Shown: in pieces, positions 18,137 to 27,552 of the stretch | Position numbering within the stretch: position 1 is the first letter of the stretch | How the letters are laid out: the number at the start of each line of letters is the position of its first letter | The notes under the pieces: generated by a model | Told to the model about the DNA's origin: nothing | Databases searched by the model: none | The model's input: the letters and a program-made list of their open reading frames with translations, nothing else | Made by a program: the position numbers and the translations under genes | NCBI GenBank assembly: GCA_038230375.1 | Contig: JBBRNJ010000036.1 | Span: 18,555-82,554, forward strand | DNA from: Polyangiales bacterium | GTDB lineage: Bacteria > Myxococcota_A > Polyangia > Polyangiales > Polyangiaceae | Length of the DNA stretch: 64,000 nt | Reading direction: 5' to 3'

Positions 18137-21007
18137 ATGGCGTTCCCCCTCTTCGCGCCACGTCGTCAGATCGTCGAGACCTCGCACGGTCACGGCGACG
18201 AGCTCCCCCAGAACACGCGCTCCGCGACCGTCATCGGTCCGGGCGCTGGCGCGTACCCGCGTGGTCGCGAGATCGCGGCGCTCCTCTTCTGGACCGTCAC
18301 GGTCTTCCTGGTGCTCGCGCTCGGGTCGTATGCGGGTGATCCCGCGGCCGCCGTGCCGGGGGCAGAGGTGAATGGCGCGCCTGGCGTCGTCGGGGCGAAC
18401 TGGGTCGGTGCCGTTGGCGAGTGGGCCGCGCATGGGCTCGTGTCGCTCGTTGGCGTGACGTCGTGGCTGATCCCGGTAGAGGCGCTGCTCCTCGGCATTC
18501 CGTTCATCCGCGGCAAGAAGTCGAACCTCACGCCCACGCGGCTCGCGGGCGACTTCCTCATCTTGATCGTGACGGCGGCGCTCACCGAGGTGGGCTGGCC
18601 CGGGAAGCTGATGTTCGGTCGTCATGTGGCCGCAGGGCTCGTGGGTGAGCTGTTCGGCGAGCTCGCGCGGTCGCTCTTCTCCACGGTGGGAAGCTTCCTC
18701 GTGGGCTTCGCGATCGTCGGGCTCATCTTGATCGTGCGCGCGGCGTTCTCGTTCATCGCGCTCATGAACCTGCTCGGGCGGCTCACGCATCGCGGCGCGC
18801 AGTCAACGGCGGAGCGCGCGAAGTCCGTGGCGGGGGCGTGGAAGGAAGCGCGCGAGCTCGATCGCGAGAAGGTGGCCGCCGAGAAGGCCGCGGCCGCTCC
18901 GAAGATCGATCGCGAGAAGCATGACGACGCGCTCGTGGCGGTGCTGCCGCCGGAGAGCGAAGACGAAGACGATCACACGGACGTGGAGGATGCACCCGTC
19001 GTCGTGTCGCAGAGCGTGGAGGACACCTCGGCTGCGCTGTCGCTCGCGAAGCGAATGCGCGGCAAGGTGGCGCTCGAGTCGCCGCCCGTCCCGCAGACCG
19101 CAAAGAAGAAGAAGGTCGAGGTCGAGGCGGAGGTCGAGGTCGAGGTCGAGGCGGAGGCCGAGGGAGACGGCGAGGCTGAGGAGATCGCCGAGCCGAAGAA
19201 GCGCAGCCGCAAGAAGAAGGCGGAGGCGGCGGACGCGAAGGGCGACGATGAAGAGCAGAGCGTGAACGCTCATGACCTTCGCCTGGACGAGACACCTGGC
19301 GAATTGCCTGACGTTGCCGTGGGCCCTCCCGAGAAGAAGAAGAGCAAGGCGCTCGCGACGAAGAAGAAGGACGACGGCCCGACCATCGTCGACACGAGCG
19401 CTGCCCTGGAAAAAGAGAAGGTCGAGAAGGCGGACAAGAAGAAGGACAGGCTCGTGCCCGCCACCGGCGCGGGGTTCCGCTTGCCCTCGATGGATTTTCT
19501 TACGCCAGCCAAGCCCGATCCGAGCCACGTCATAGACGAGGTAGCGCTGCGCAAGAGCGCCGACCTGCTCGTGAAGACACTTGCAGACTACAAGGTCACC
19601 GGCACCGTGGAGGAGATCCACCCGGGCCCCGTGGTGACCACGTTCGAGGTCGCTCCGGTCGCCGGCACCAAGGTCGCGCGCGTCGCATCGCTCGCGGACG
19701 ATCTCGCGCTCGCGCTCGCCAAGAAGGTGCGCATCGTCGCGCCGATCCCCGGAAAGAACCGCATTGGCTTCGAGCTCCCGAACGAGCGCCGTCTGCCCGT
19801 GAACCTGCGCGACCTCATCGACGATCGCCGCTTCCAGACGCTGGATTGCCCGCTGCCGGTGGTGCTCGGGCGCGATATCGTCGGCAACCCGGTCTACGCG
19901 GATCTGGCGAGCATGCCGCACGTGATCGTCGCCGGCGCGACGGGCGCGGGCAAGAGCGTGGGGCTCAACGTGATGCTCACGTCACTCCTCTATCGCCGCA
20001 CGCCGGAGGAGCTGCGCCTCCTCATGATCGATCCGAAGGTCGTCGAGCTCGCGCCGTTCGATCGCATTCCGCACATGCTGCTGCCCGTCGTGACCGATAT
20101 GAAGCAGGCGTCGAACGCGCTCAAGTGGGCCGTCGACGAGATGGAGCGCCGCTACCAGCTCTTCGCCGACGCAGGCACGAAGAACATCACCACGTACAAC
20201 GCGTGGTGCGGTCGCGTGAAGCGCGGCGAGATCCGGAACCCGCTCCCGAAGCAGGTCATGGCGAAGGATCACAACGGCTTCGAGGAGGCCGTGAAGGTCG
20301 CCGAGTTCCGTCCGGGCGTGTCGTTCGACGACGGGGAGGGCGAGTCCCCGATCCCCGAGGCGATGCCGTTCATCGTGATCGTCGTGGACGAGTTCGCAGA
20401 CCTGATGATGCAGCAGGGCAAGGAAGTGGAGACCGCCGTTGCGCGGCTCGCGCAGAAGGCCCGCGCCGCAGGTATGCACGTCATCCTGGCCACGCAGCGT
20501 CCGAGCGTTGACGTCATCACCGGCATGATCAAGGCGAATTTCCCCACGCGCATTGCGTTCCGCGTGGCGCAGAAGATCGACAGCCGCACCATCCTCGACG
20601 AGCAGGGCGCGGAGCACTTGCTGGGCCGCGGCGACATGCTCGTGAAGCTCAACGGACAGAACGACACGAAGCGTGTGCAGTGCCCGTGGGTCAGCGAAGA
20701 AGAAGTGCAGGCCGTGACGGACTTCCTGCGCCTGCAGGGCGAGCCCGTGTACGACGAGAACATTCTGAAGCCGCGCGACGACGACGCTGACGGCAACGCC
20801 GAGGAAGACGCCGAGCAGGACGCGATGTACGACGACGCGATGCGGATCGTGGCGGAGACGCGCCGCTGTTCGACCTCGTGGCTACAGCGCAAGCTGGGGC
20901 TCGGCTACAACCGCGCTGCGCGCATCGTGGAGACCATGGAGCGCCGCGGAGTCGTGGGGCCGCCGAACGGCTCCAAGGACCGCGAGGTCCTCATCTCCAC
21001 GATGTGA
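18137..21007 (+). CDS. ftsK: DNA translocase FtsK
   Basis: 4TM N-terminus, charged linker, Walker A GATGAGKS, MIDPKVVEL, Walker B IVVDEFADL, LATQRPSVDV, gamma domain LQRKLGLGYNRAAR. Confidence 0.97.
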   Translation: MAFPLFAPRRQIVETSHGHGDELPQNTRSATVIGPGAGAYPRGREIAALLFWTVTVFLVLALGSYAGDPAAAVPGAEVNGAPGVVGANWVGAVGEWAAHGLVSLVGVTSWLIPVEALLLGIPFIRGKKSNLTPTRLAGDFLILIVTAALTEVGWPGKLMFGRHVAAGLVGELFGELARSLFSTVGSFLVGFAIVGLILIVRAAFSFIALMNLLGRLTHRGAQSTAERAKSVAGAWKEARELDREKVAAEKAAAAPKIDREKHDDALVAVLPPESEDEDDHTDVEDAPVVVSQSVEDTSAALSLAKRMRGKVALESPPVPQTAKKKKVEVEAEVEVEVEAEAEGDGEAEEIAEPKKRSRKKKAEAADAKGDDEEQSVNAHDLRLDETPGELPDVAVGPPEKKKSKALATKKKDDGPTIVDTSAALEKEKVEKADKKKDRLVPATGAGFRLPSMDFLTPAKPDPSHVIDEVALRKSADLLVKTLADYKVTGTVEEIHPGPVVTTFEVAPVAGTKVARVASLADDLALALAKKVRIVAPIPGKNRIGFELPNERRLPVNLRDLIDDRRFQTLDCPLPVVLGRDIVGNPVYADLASMPHVIVAGATGAGKSVGLNVMLTSLLYRRTPEELRLLMIDPKVVELAPFDRIPHMLLPVVTDMKQASNALKWAVDEMERRYQLFADAGTKNITTYNAWCGRVKRGEIRNPLPKQVMAKDHNGFEEAVKVAEFRPGVSFDDGEGESPIPEAMPFIVIVVDEFADLMMQQGKEVETAVARLAQKARAAGMHVILATQRPSVDVITGMIKANFPTRIAFRVAQKIDSRTILDEQGAEHLLGRGDMLVKLNGQNDTKRVQCPWVSEEEVQAVTDFLRLQGEPVYDENILKPRDDDADGNAEEDAEQDAMYDDAMRIVAETRRCSTSWLQRKLGLGYNRAARIVETMERRGVVGPPNGSKDREVLISTM

Positions 21008-21019
21008 GGGCGAAGCGAC

Positions 21020-21709
21020 TTACTTCGTCACGGGCTCGACGCTCTGGATGACAGGCGTCACTGCGGTGCGCTCGTACTTGGACGCCTGCACGACGACCGA
21101 CACCTCGACGTACTCGTCCGCGAACTCGATGACGGTGAAGAGCTCGACCCAGCGACGTTCGTCCGTCGTGACAGCCACCTCCACCTGCCGCGCGGGTCTG
21201 CCGCCGATCGTCAGCGTGGCAATGGAGTCCTTTGGGACCTGCTTGTCCTTCTTCTTCAGGCCCAGCTCATGGGCCATGAATGCATCGATGTTCTGCGCCG
21301 TGTAGTCGACCTTCTTCTCCTCGTAGAGGTTCAGTGACCACGCGGTGCCGCGGACGATCCGGAGCACGTTGCGTTCCTCGTGCGACTTCGCGCTCTGCCA
21401 GCCAGGCGCGCGCACGCGGTAGTGACCGTCGGAGCTCACGAACCAGGGGCCGGCGTCGTCTTCGACCGCTCGAGGCGCATCCCTTGCCGACGCGGAATCC
21501 GACGTGGCAGGCGCGGCGGATGCAGACCCGGCATTCGACACCGCGCTGGTAGAGACGGACGCGACGGACGCGACGGACGGGGTCGGCGAGTCGCCTCCAG
21601 TCTGCTTTCGTGGCTTGCAGCCCGCGAGGCAGGAAAGGAAGAGGGCCGTGCCCAACATCGCGGTGGCAGCCAACGGAGCCAGGCGCAGCGATCTCATCGC
21701 GATCGTCAT
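21020..21709 (-). CDS. Lipoprotein of unknown function, downstream of sdpB
   Basis: Lipobox LAGC, Ser/Ala linker, alpha/beta C-terminal domain. Start abuts the sdpB stop. Confidence 0.7.
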   Translation of the reverse strand: MTIAMRSLRLAPLAATAMLGTALFLSCLAGCKPRKQTGGDSPTPSVASVASVSTSAVSNAGSASAAPATSDSASARDAPRAVEDDAGPWFVSSDGHYRVRAPGWQSAKSHEERNVLRIVRGTAWSLNLYEEKKVDYTAQNIDAFMAHELGLKKKDKQVPKDSIATLTIGGRPARQVEVAVTTDERRWVELFTVIEFADEYVEVSVVVQASKYERTAVTPVIQSVEPVTK

Positions 21710-21710
21710 A

Positions 21711-22610
21711 TCACGTGGCCGCAGTAGTGCTCACTCTCCAGAGCTCGAGCTCGGTGGGGCGCAAGAGGATGACGAGCCCGCCACACATCGCGACGCTGAA
21801 GCTCAAAAGCCCCTGGCTCAGGCCAATGCCGACGTGCAATGCGATCCCGAGCACGAGGAGCGGCTTCCAGAATCTTCTGCGCGCGAAGAACGCCGCCGCC
21901 AGCACGAACTCGAGCGCGATAACCGACCACGTGAGAAAGGCGACGGTGTCGTGGACCAGGATTGGCCGGAGCAACGAACGCTGCCACGACGGCGCGCCGT
22001 ACATCGGCTCCGTGAGGATGTAATAGAGCGCGGTTCCGTTGTTCCACTCCGGGGTCGCGTATTTTCCGGCCGCCGCGTGGAAGTAGAGGCCGGCCATCTG
22101 CGCGCGCGCAAGGACGATCGCCGATGACGCCAGGACCTTCACTGCGGGGTGCGACGGCTCCACGGCGGGCTGCCAGTGCCACTTCCGCGGGTCCGCGAGC
22201 GTGACCGGCAACAGGATGATCGCCATCGCGTAGCAGATCTGATCGCCGCCGTCCGTCAGCGTGGTGTTCAACGCCACGCTCATCGCGACCCAGAGGTGGA
22301 GGATGCCCGTGACGCGCGGGCGCCATCCGGACACCGTGACCAGGAGCACGAGGATCCCGATGACGCGCGCGAGCGTGAGGTGAGCCGGCATGGCGCAGAA
22401 GAGGCCAGCAGCACCCACACCACGGCACTGTGGGAGCTCGAAGCCGCCGGTGAGCTTCACGAAGAGCGAATTCGTGTCGTTGCCGAGCAGCGTGAGGAGC
22501 GTGCTCAGCGCGAGGAGCGATCGACAGAGCCCGACCACGTTGCTCAGCGGTCGATCCGCGGCGAAGAGCTTCAACGCGGAGTCGCCGATCCTTGCCACGC
22601 GGGTCAGCAT
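21711..22610 (-). CDS. sdpB: SdpB-family membrane protein (HTTM-like)
   Basis: GLCRSLLAL, LFC, SGWRPRVTGILH, DGGDQ, DPRKWHW, YFHAAAGK, EWNNGTALYY: the SdpB family pattern. Confidence 0.85.
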   Translation of the reverse strand: MLTRVARIGDSALKLFAADRPLSNVVGLCRSLLALSTLLTLLGNDTNSLFVKLTGGFELPQCRGVGAAGLFCAMPAHLTLARVIGILVLLVTVSGWRPRVTGILHLWVAMSVALNTTLTDGGDQICYAMAIILLPVTLADPRKWHWQPAVEPSHPAVKVLASSAIVLARAQMAGLYFHAAAGKYATPEWNNGTALYYILTEPMYGAPSWQRSLLRPILVHDTVAFLTWSVIALEFVLAAAFFARRRFWKPLLVLGIALHVGIGLSQGLLSFSVAMCGGLVILLRPTELELWRVSTTAAT

Positions 22611-23191
22611 CGGATCTCCACGCGCGCGACCATGATCGTCTGCGATGGATGCGGGGTCTTCGCGAAAGCCCATGACACGGGCAGCTTCCTTGCGATCACG
22701 AATGAGCCGCAATAGGCCGGATGCGGCGCGGGATTCGCGATCTCGGTCACCTTCTGCGCCCGGTCGATGCAGTCGGCGAGCTCGCTCTCGCAGCGCACCC
22801 ACTCACCCTTGCCAACGAGCGCGACCACGCGGTTTCGCTCGACGGCGTCCTTCCGGATTCCCCTGCCGACGCCGAAGAGATTGCGCGGCTCGGCGTTGGC
22901 GACCGGGGCGATCTCACGCCACGAAGCGCCGTCCTTCGCGAGCACGAAGACCTGCTCGGCGCGCAGGTCCTTCTCGAAGAACTGCCACGACTCCTGGATG
23001 CCCGAGGCGCTGGCAACGCGGTCTTCGATCGCGGAGCTCATCGGTCCGCCGCCCTCCGGGAAGCCGCCGTGGTGGATGTGCACGAACCCGAAGAATGCGA
23101 CGACGATCCAGCAGGCCACGAACGTCGCGCCCGTGATCGCCCGAGCGCGAGGCGTGTGCTCGGCGTCGTCCGTGGCTCCCCGCTCCGTCAT
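22604..23191 (-). CDS. sdpA: SdpA-family protein
   Basis: N-terminal TM, WQFF, NLFGVGR..R, W..C...C, NPAPHPAYCG, PVSWA. Overlaps the sdpB start. Confidence 0.82.
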   Translation of the reverse strand: MTERGATDDAEHTPRARAITGATFVACWIVVAFFGFVHIHHGGFPEGGGPMSSAIEDRVASASGIQESWQFFEKDLRAEQVFVLAKDGASWREIAPVANAEPRNLFGVGRGIRKDAVERNRVVALVGKGEWVRCESELADCIDRAQKVTEIANPAPHPAYCGSFVIARKLPVSWAFAKTPHPSQTIMVARVEIRC

Positions 23192-23250
23192 CGAGGCGAG
23201 CGTACTCCAAGTTGTGTTCGGCTCGCGGGACCTCGGATAATATCGCCGCC

Positions 23251-23796
23251 ATGGCGGACACCATCGAAGTAGCGAAATCGGGTCGAGCAACGTGCCGTGC
23301 ATGCCGTCAGGCAATCGCCAAAGGGGAGCTGCGGTTCGGCGCGGAGACCACGACCGGCTTTGGCGACTCGGGCGGCTCCAGTTACATGTGGCATCACATG
23401 ACGTGCGGCGCGACGAAGCACCCGGACGGGCTTCGCGCCGCGCTCGCAGCCTTCGTCGGCGACGTGCCCGAGCGCGAGGAGCTCGAGCGTCGTCTCGCCG
23501 AGGCCGATGCGAAGAAGCCGCCGCCATTCCCGCACGCCGACCGAGCACCAACGGGTCGCGCGAAGTGTCAGGAATGCGGCGAGGCGATCCCGAAGGGCGC
23601 CCTGCGCGTGGTGATCGAGCGCGACATCGAGCGCGGGATGACGGTCACGAAGGGCGCCGGATATCTCCACCCGCAGTGCGCGGCGGGTCATGTCGAGGCG
23701 AAGGGCTCCACCCACGAACAGCTGACCACGGCGTTGCATGCGAACACGCGGTCGCTCTCGGATGCAGATCTCGACGAGCTCTTCGCGACGGTCTGA
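23251..23796 (+). CDS. Protein with two PARP-type zinc fingers
   Basis: EVAKSGRATCRAC..IAKGELR..WHHMTC and DRAPTGRAKCQEC..IPKGALR..LHPQC. Confidence 0.85.
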   Translation: MADTIEVAKSGRATCRACRQAIAKGELRFGAETTTGFGDSGGSSYMWHHMTCGATKHPDGLRAALAAFVGDVPEREELERRLAEADAKKPPPFPHADRAPTGRAKCQECGEAIPKGALRVVIERDIERGMTVTKGAGYLHPQCAAGHVEAKGSTHEQLTTALHANTRSLSDADLDELFATV

Positions 23797-23808
23797 GGAA
23801 ACCAAGGC

Positions 23809-25152
23809 TCAGGGCAGGAGACTCTTGTGCTTCTCCGCTGCTGCGATCAGCGCCTCTGCGTCGCGCACGACGGCGTCGTTGGTTCCGTTGGCGGCGCGCC
23901 ACGCGCCTGTGACAATTCCTTGCCGCACGACCTCCGCGAACGCGTTCGCTGCCTTCGCTCGATACTCCGTGCGCTTTGGATGCAGGACGGTGAGCTTCTC
24001 CCAGCAGAGCGCCTCCTGGAACTGCGCGCCAAGCGCACGCGGATCGGTCGGCCACTTGCGCACGAACAGCGCGTACGCCGCGGCGCTGCTACGGGGCTGG
24101 TTCAGATCCCGGTACTCCGCGCCCAGCGCAAGATACACCGCAGAGGTCCACGGCTCGCCCTGCGGGACTACCTTCTTGTCCTGCACGCGCGAGAGTCCGA
24201 CGGCCATCTTCGCCTCGGCCTTGTCCGGATCCTTCTCCGTATCGAGCACATCGGGGCGGACGGCGAAGGGCTGGTCCTCCCGCGGCCCCACGAAGTCGAC
24301 CTCCGTCAGCGAGCCCGCGATGTAGGTCGTCGCCTCATGTGCGTAGTCCTCACCTGCGTTCGCGCGCAGCACGTCCTCGAAGGCGCCCACCGCCGCCTCG
24401 TAGCGCTGCTGCTTGAAGTACGTCCAGGCGAGCTTGTAGCGCGCCTGCGCCTGGACTTCGCCGTGTGACCCGTTCGACGTGATCGCCTTTCGAAGCGCGA
24501 CGGCCGCGCGGTTCCATCCGTACACGGCGTCCGCCGGATCGATCTGCTCGAAATGCGCGTTGCCGATGCGGAGCCAGATCTCGCCCACGAGCGACGCGGC
24601 CTCCGCGCCCCCGATGAGAGCCGTGCAGGTGTCGGGGTAAGGATCCTGAAACCGCTTCCCCTGTTCCTGCGCGAGCGGAACGATCGCGTCGCGCGTCGCA
24701 TCGGTCGGAGCCGCTGCGGGGAACGCATAGAGATTGCTGCACACAAGCGACCTCCACACCTGCGACGACTCGATGGCGCGCCCTGCATCAAGCAGATCGT
24801 GACCGAGCTGATAGCGCACGTGGAACATGCGCGGATACGTCGGGTTCTCCCGAGCGATGCGCCGCAGGATGGAGATGGGCTGCGCGAGGCGCAAGGGCGA
24901 CCGAGCGGGATCCGCCCGCTCACGCTCGGAGACGAGCACCGCGAGGCGAAACAGCGCATCGGATTTCATGTTCGGGTCCGCTGCGCGATCGGCCGCGGAC
25001 TGGAGCTGCTCCTCGAGCGATGGAGGATTCGCGGGCGCCAGCGCAGAGGCGGAAACAACCGGCACGAGGGCAGGCGGAGGCGGAGGCGGCGGAAGGTCAG
25101 CACCATGACCGCATCCGAACGCCAACGCAGACGCGACCAACGCTCGCTTCAT
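23809..25152 (-). CDS. TPR-repeat lipoprotein
   Basis: Lipobox AFGC, Pro run, TPR-like helices (ARYKLAWTYFKQQRYEAAVGAF), SD GGAGGAG. Confidence 0.78.
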   Translation of the reverse strand: MKRALVASALAFGCGHGADLPPPPPPPALVPVVSASALAPANPPSLEEQLQSAADRAADPNMKSDALFRLAVLVSERERADPARSPLRLAQPISILRRIARENPTYPRMFHVRYQLGHDLLDAGRAIESSQVWRSLVCSNLYAFPAAAPTDATRDAIVPLAQEQGKRFQDPYPDTCTALIGGAEAASLVGEIWLRIGNAHFEQIDPADAVYGWNRAAVALRKAITSNGSHGEVQAQARYKLAWTYFKQQRYEAAVGAFEDVLRANAGEDYAHEATTYIAGSLTEVDFVGPREDQPFAVRPDVLDTEKDPDKAEAKMAVGLSRVQDKKVVPQGEPWTSAVYLALGAEYRDLNQPRSSAAAYALFVRKWPTDPRALGAQFQEALCWEKLTVLHPKRTEYRAKAANAFAEVVRQGIVTGAWRAANGTNDAVVRDAEALIAAAEKHKSLLP

Positions 25153-25235
25153 GACCTACTCCTCCCGGAAAAGACCAGGCGGGTTCCAACGTATCGCGCG
25201 CCGTCCGCCGAGGAAATGAAGACGCCTGATTTCCC

Positions 25236-25853
25236 GTGTACAGTACGTGCGTGCTCGTCCTGGCAAGCGCGTGCTCACTCGTGGCTCTCATGCTCAGCGT
25301 GATCAACGTCCCGCTCGATGCGGTGGCCCCCGTGGTGCCGTCACCTGGAGCGCACCCGCCGGATCCGTTCGCGGCCGAGTACCTCCCGCTCCCCGTTCGC
25401 GGCATTGGCGCCGCGCCTGGGCAAGTGCGATTCCTTGCGCTTGCTGGCGGCGGCTACTTCAGGGATGCGCACTTCGCGGGACAGGGAACGACGGAGCTGA
25501 TGGGGACTCCCAACCTTGGATTCCGTGGCTCCCTGGAGGCCAGCATTCCCACCGGCACCACCGACGCGCAGCTCTTCGCGGCGCGCGTGGGCCCGAGCCT
25601 CCACCTCTTGCCCTACAGGAGCGTCGACCTGGGCGCGTTCCTCGAAGCGGGTGGCGCGACCGTGGATCTGTTCCGCGCGCGTCGCTCGGCGATGTTCACG
25701 CTCACGCCCGGCGCGACCTTCGACGTTGCGTTCGGACCCAGCTTCGCCATGCGGATCGAGGCGCAGGTAGAGCTGGGTACTGTGGATCGCAGCGGCAGCG
25801 CGGACCTCGTTGCCGTCCCGCTGCTCCTCTTCGGGTTCGGGCCCGTGCTGTGA
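25236..25853 (+). CDS. Hypothetical protein, possible small beta-barrel membrane protein
   Basis: Alternating hydrophobic beta-strand pattern. Stop overlaps the next start (GTGA). Start uncertain. Confidence 0.55.
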   Translation: MYSTCVLVLASACSLVALMLSVINVPLDAVAPVVPSPGAHPPDPFAAEYLPLPVRGIGAAPGQVRFLALAGGGYFRDAHFAGQGTTELMGTPNLGFRGSLEASIPTGTTDAQLFAARVGPSLHLLPYRSVDLGAFLEAGGATVDLFRARRSAMFTLTPGATFDVAFGPSFAMRIEAQVELGTVDRSGSADLVAVPLLLFGFGPVL

Positions 25854-27316
25854 AGCGGGTGCTCGTGATTGGTGCGGGGCCGGCGGGGCTCGCGGCGGGC
25901 GTGAAGCTGCTGGAGCGCGCGCGCGGAGAAGTGAGCGTCAAGATCGTGCACATGGGCCACCACATTGGCGGCAAGGCAGCGTCGTACAAGGACGCGAAGG
26001 AGCGGTTGATCGAGCACGGCTGGCACATGTTCGTCGGCTTCTACGAGAAGCTCCCTGCGCTGATCGCGCGGTCGGGGGCGTCTCGCGCAAAGGCCGTGAT
26101 GAGCATGCAGGGCAAGACCCACGTGTACGAGCCTGCGCGCGGACAGATCTTCACCCTGGACTCCGCGGGCGGCCGCATCGCCACGGCGTGGAACTTCGTG
26201 AAGTACGAGGGCCTCAAGGTCGAGGACCGCGCGCACTACGCGCGCTTCATGGCGCAGGTCTTCGAGCGGCTCCTGGGCGGAGAGGAGCTCGAGCAACACG
26301 ATGACGTGTGCTTCACGCGCTGGGCGATCGAGAACGGCCTGCTCCCGCACCTCACGCGGACCAGCCTTTTTCGCGTCTTTCGTGATGGCTACTTCAACTT
26401 CCCGGAGCAGGTGAGCGCGTACCACACGCTGAAGACGATGCGGTACATGAGCACGTCGGAGGGCGCCGAGACCTTCGCGGCCGTCGCCCCGTACTCCGAG
26501 CGTGTCTGGGATCCGATCGCGCGCTACTTCGAGTCGCTCGGTGGCGTGATCGAGCCGTACACCATGGTGCGTGGCTTCGCGTACGACGGACGTCGCGTGA
26601 CCAATCTTGCCGTTGCCCGTCCGGACCCGGTGGGGCATGCGTTCGGGGAGACGCCGTGGAAGACCGCCGAGCTCCCCACCGAGGATGGGTCGGCGCGAAC
26701 GATCGCGGACTTCGACGCCGTCATCAGCACGATCCCGCAAGCGGTCTTCCTCACGCTGAACGCGGGTGATGCGCGCATGTGGCAGTCCCCGTATTTCGCG
26801 CGCATGAAGAACCTGCGCAGCGCCGCCACGATCTCCATGACCGTGCGCACGAAGCGACCTTGCGTGCCGTTCGTGGGTCCGGTCTTCGGGTTCCCCGCGC
26901 CGATCGGCATCGCGACGAACATGACCCGCTACCTGGAGCGGTATCGGGTGGGTGGCGAACAGGGTCAGGAGATCCAGCTCGTCGGCCAGGAGAGCGGCTT
27001 CGAGTCATGGACCGACGAGCAGATCGTGTCGTTCACGCTCGACAACTTCGCGCGCGTCCCCTCGTGCGATCTGCGCGCGGCGGAGATCACGTACCTGGAG
27101 CTTCACCGCAACAGGAGCGACTTCGAGCGCATCTTTCTCTGCGAGCCTGGCGTGCAGAAGTTCCGGCCGGGCCCGCTCACGCCGTTCTCGAACTTCTTCC
27201 TTGCGGGTGACTGGGTGAGGAACGAGGTCGACCTCGTCTGCATGGAGGGCGCCGTGGCCTCCGGCTACGAGGCCGCGGAGCACGTGTTGACGCGCCTGGG
27301 CGCGCTCGGAGGGTAG
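25850..27316 (+). CDS. FAD-dependent oxidoreductase (amine oxidase/carotene desaturase/HpnE-like)
   Basis: GTG start 25850. VLVIGAGPAGLAAG, IGGKAASY, IEHGWHMFVGFY, FFLAGDW, MEGAVASG. Confidence 0.88.
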   Translation: MKRVLVIGAGPAGLAAGVKLLERARGEVSVKIVHMGHHIGGKAASYKDAKERLIEHGWHMFVGFYEKLPALIARSGASRAKAVMSMQGKTHVYEPARGQIFTLDSAGGRIATAWNFVKYEGLKVEDRAHYARFMAQVFERLLGGEELEQHDDVCFTRWAIENGLLPHLTRTSLFRVFRDGYFNFPEQVSAYHTLKTMRYMSTSEGAETFAAVAPYSERVWDPIARYFESLGGVIEPYTMVRGFAYDGRRVTNLAVARPDPVGHAFGETPWKTAELPTEDGSARTIADFDAVISTIPQAVFLTLNAGDARMWQSPYFARMKNLRSAATISMTVRTKRPCVPFVGPVFGFPAPIGIATNMTRYLERYRVGGEQGQEIQLVGQESGFESWTDEQIVSFTLDNFARVPSCDLRAAEITYLELHRNRSDFERIFLCEPGVQKFRPGPLTPFSNFFLAGDWVRNEVDLVCMEGAVASGYEAAEHVLTRLGALGG

Positions 27317-27320
27317 GGCG

Positions 27321-27545
27321 ATGACGGAACGACACGACGACGATCCATTCTGCGAACACGCCGATCCCTATCCGCCGACACACGCGACGCTGAGCAGACG
27401 CGGTGCAGTACGTCTGGCGCTCGCATCCCCGCTGGTGATCGCCGCCGCCGCCGCGTGCCACGCCCCACGAAACCTGGTGTGCGCTCCAGGCCTCCCCGAC
27501 ACGGAGCACTGCACGCACCGGTTCTGTCGTTACCACTCCGGGTGA
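27321..27545 (+). CDS. Small Cys/His-rich protein with twin-arginine-like, lipobox-like leader
   Basis: Begins 4 nt after the oxidoreductase stop, with GGAGG upstream. LSRRGAVRLALASPLVIAAAAAC, then C-x9-C-THRF-C-RYH. Confidence 0.6.
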   Translation: MTERHDDDPFCEHADPYPPTHATLSRRGAVRLALASPLVIAAAAACHAPRNLVCAPGLPDTEHCTHRFCRYHSG

Positions 27546-27552
27546 CCGCAGC

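Noticed and set aside
21020..21709. Lipoprotein as the SdpC precursor
   Set aside because: Has a lipobox and a charged alpha/beta domain, and lacks the hydrophobic C-terminal toxin segment expected of SdpC.
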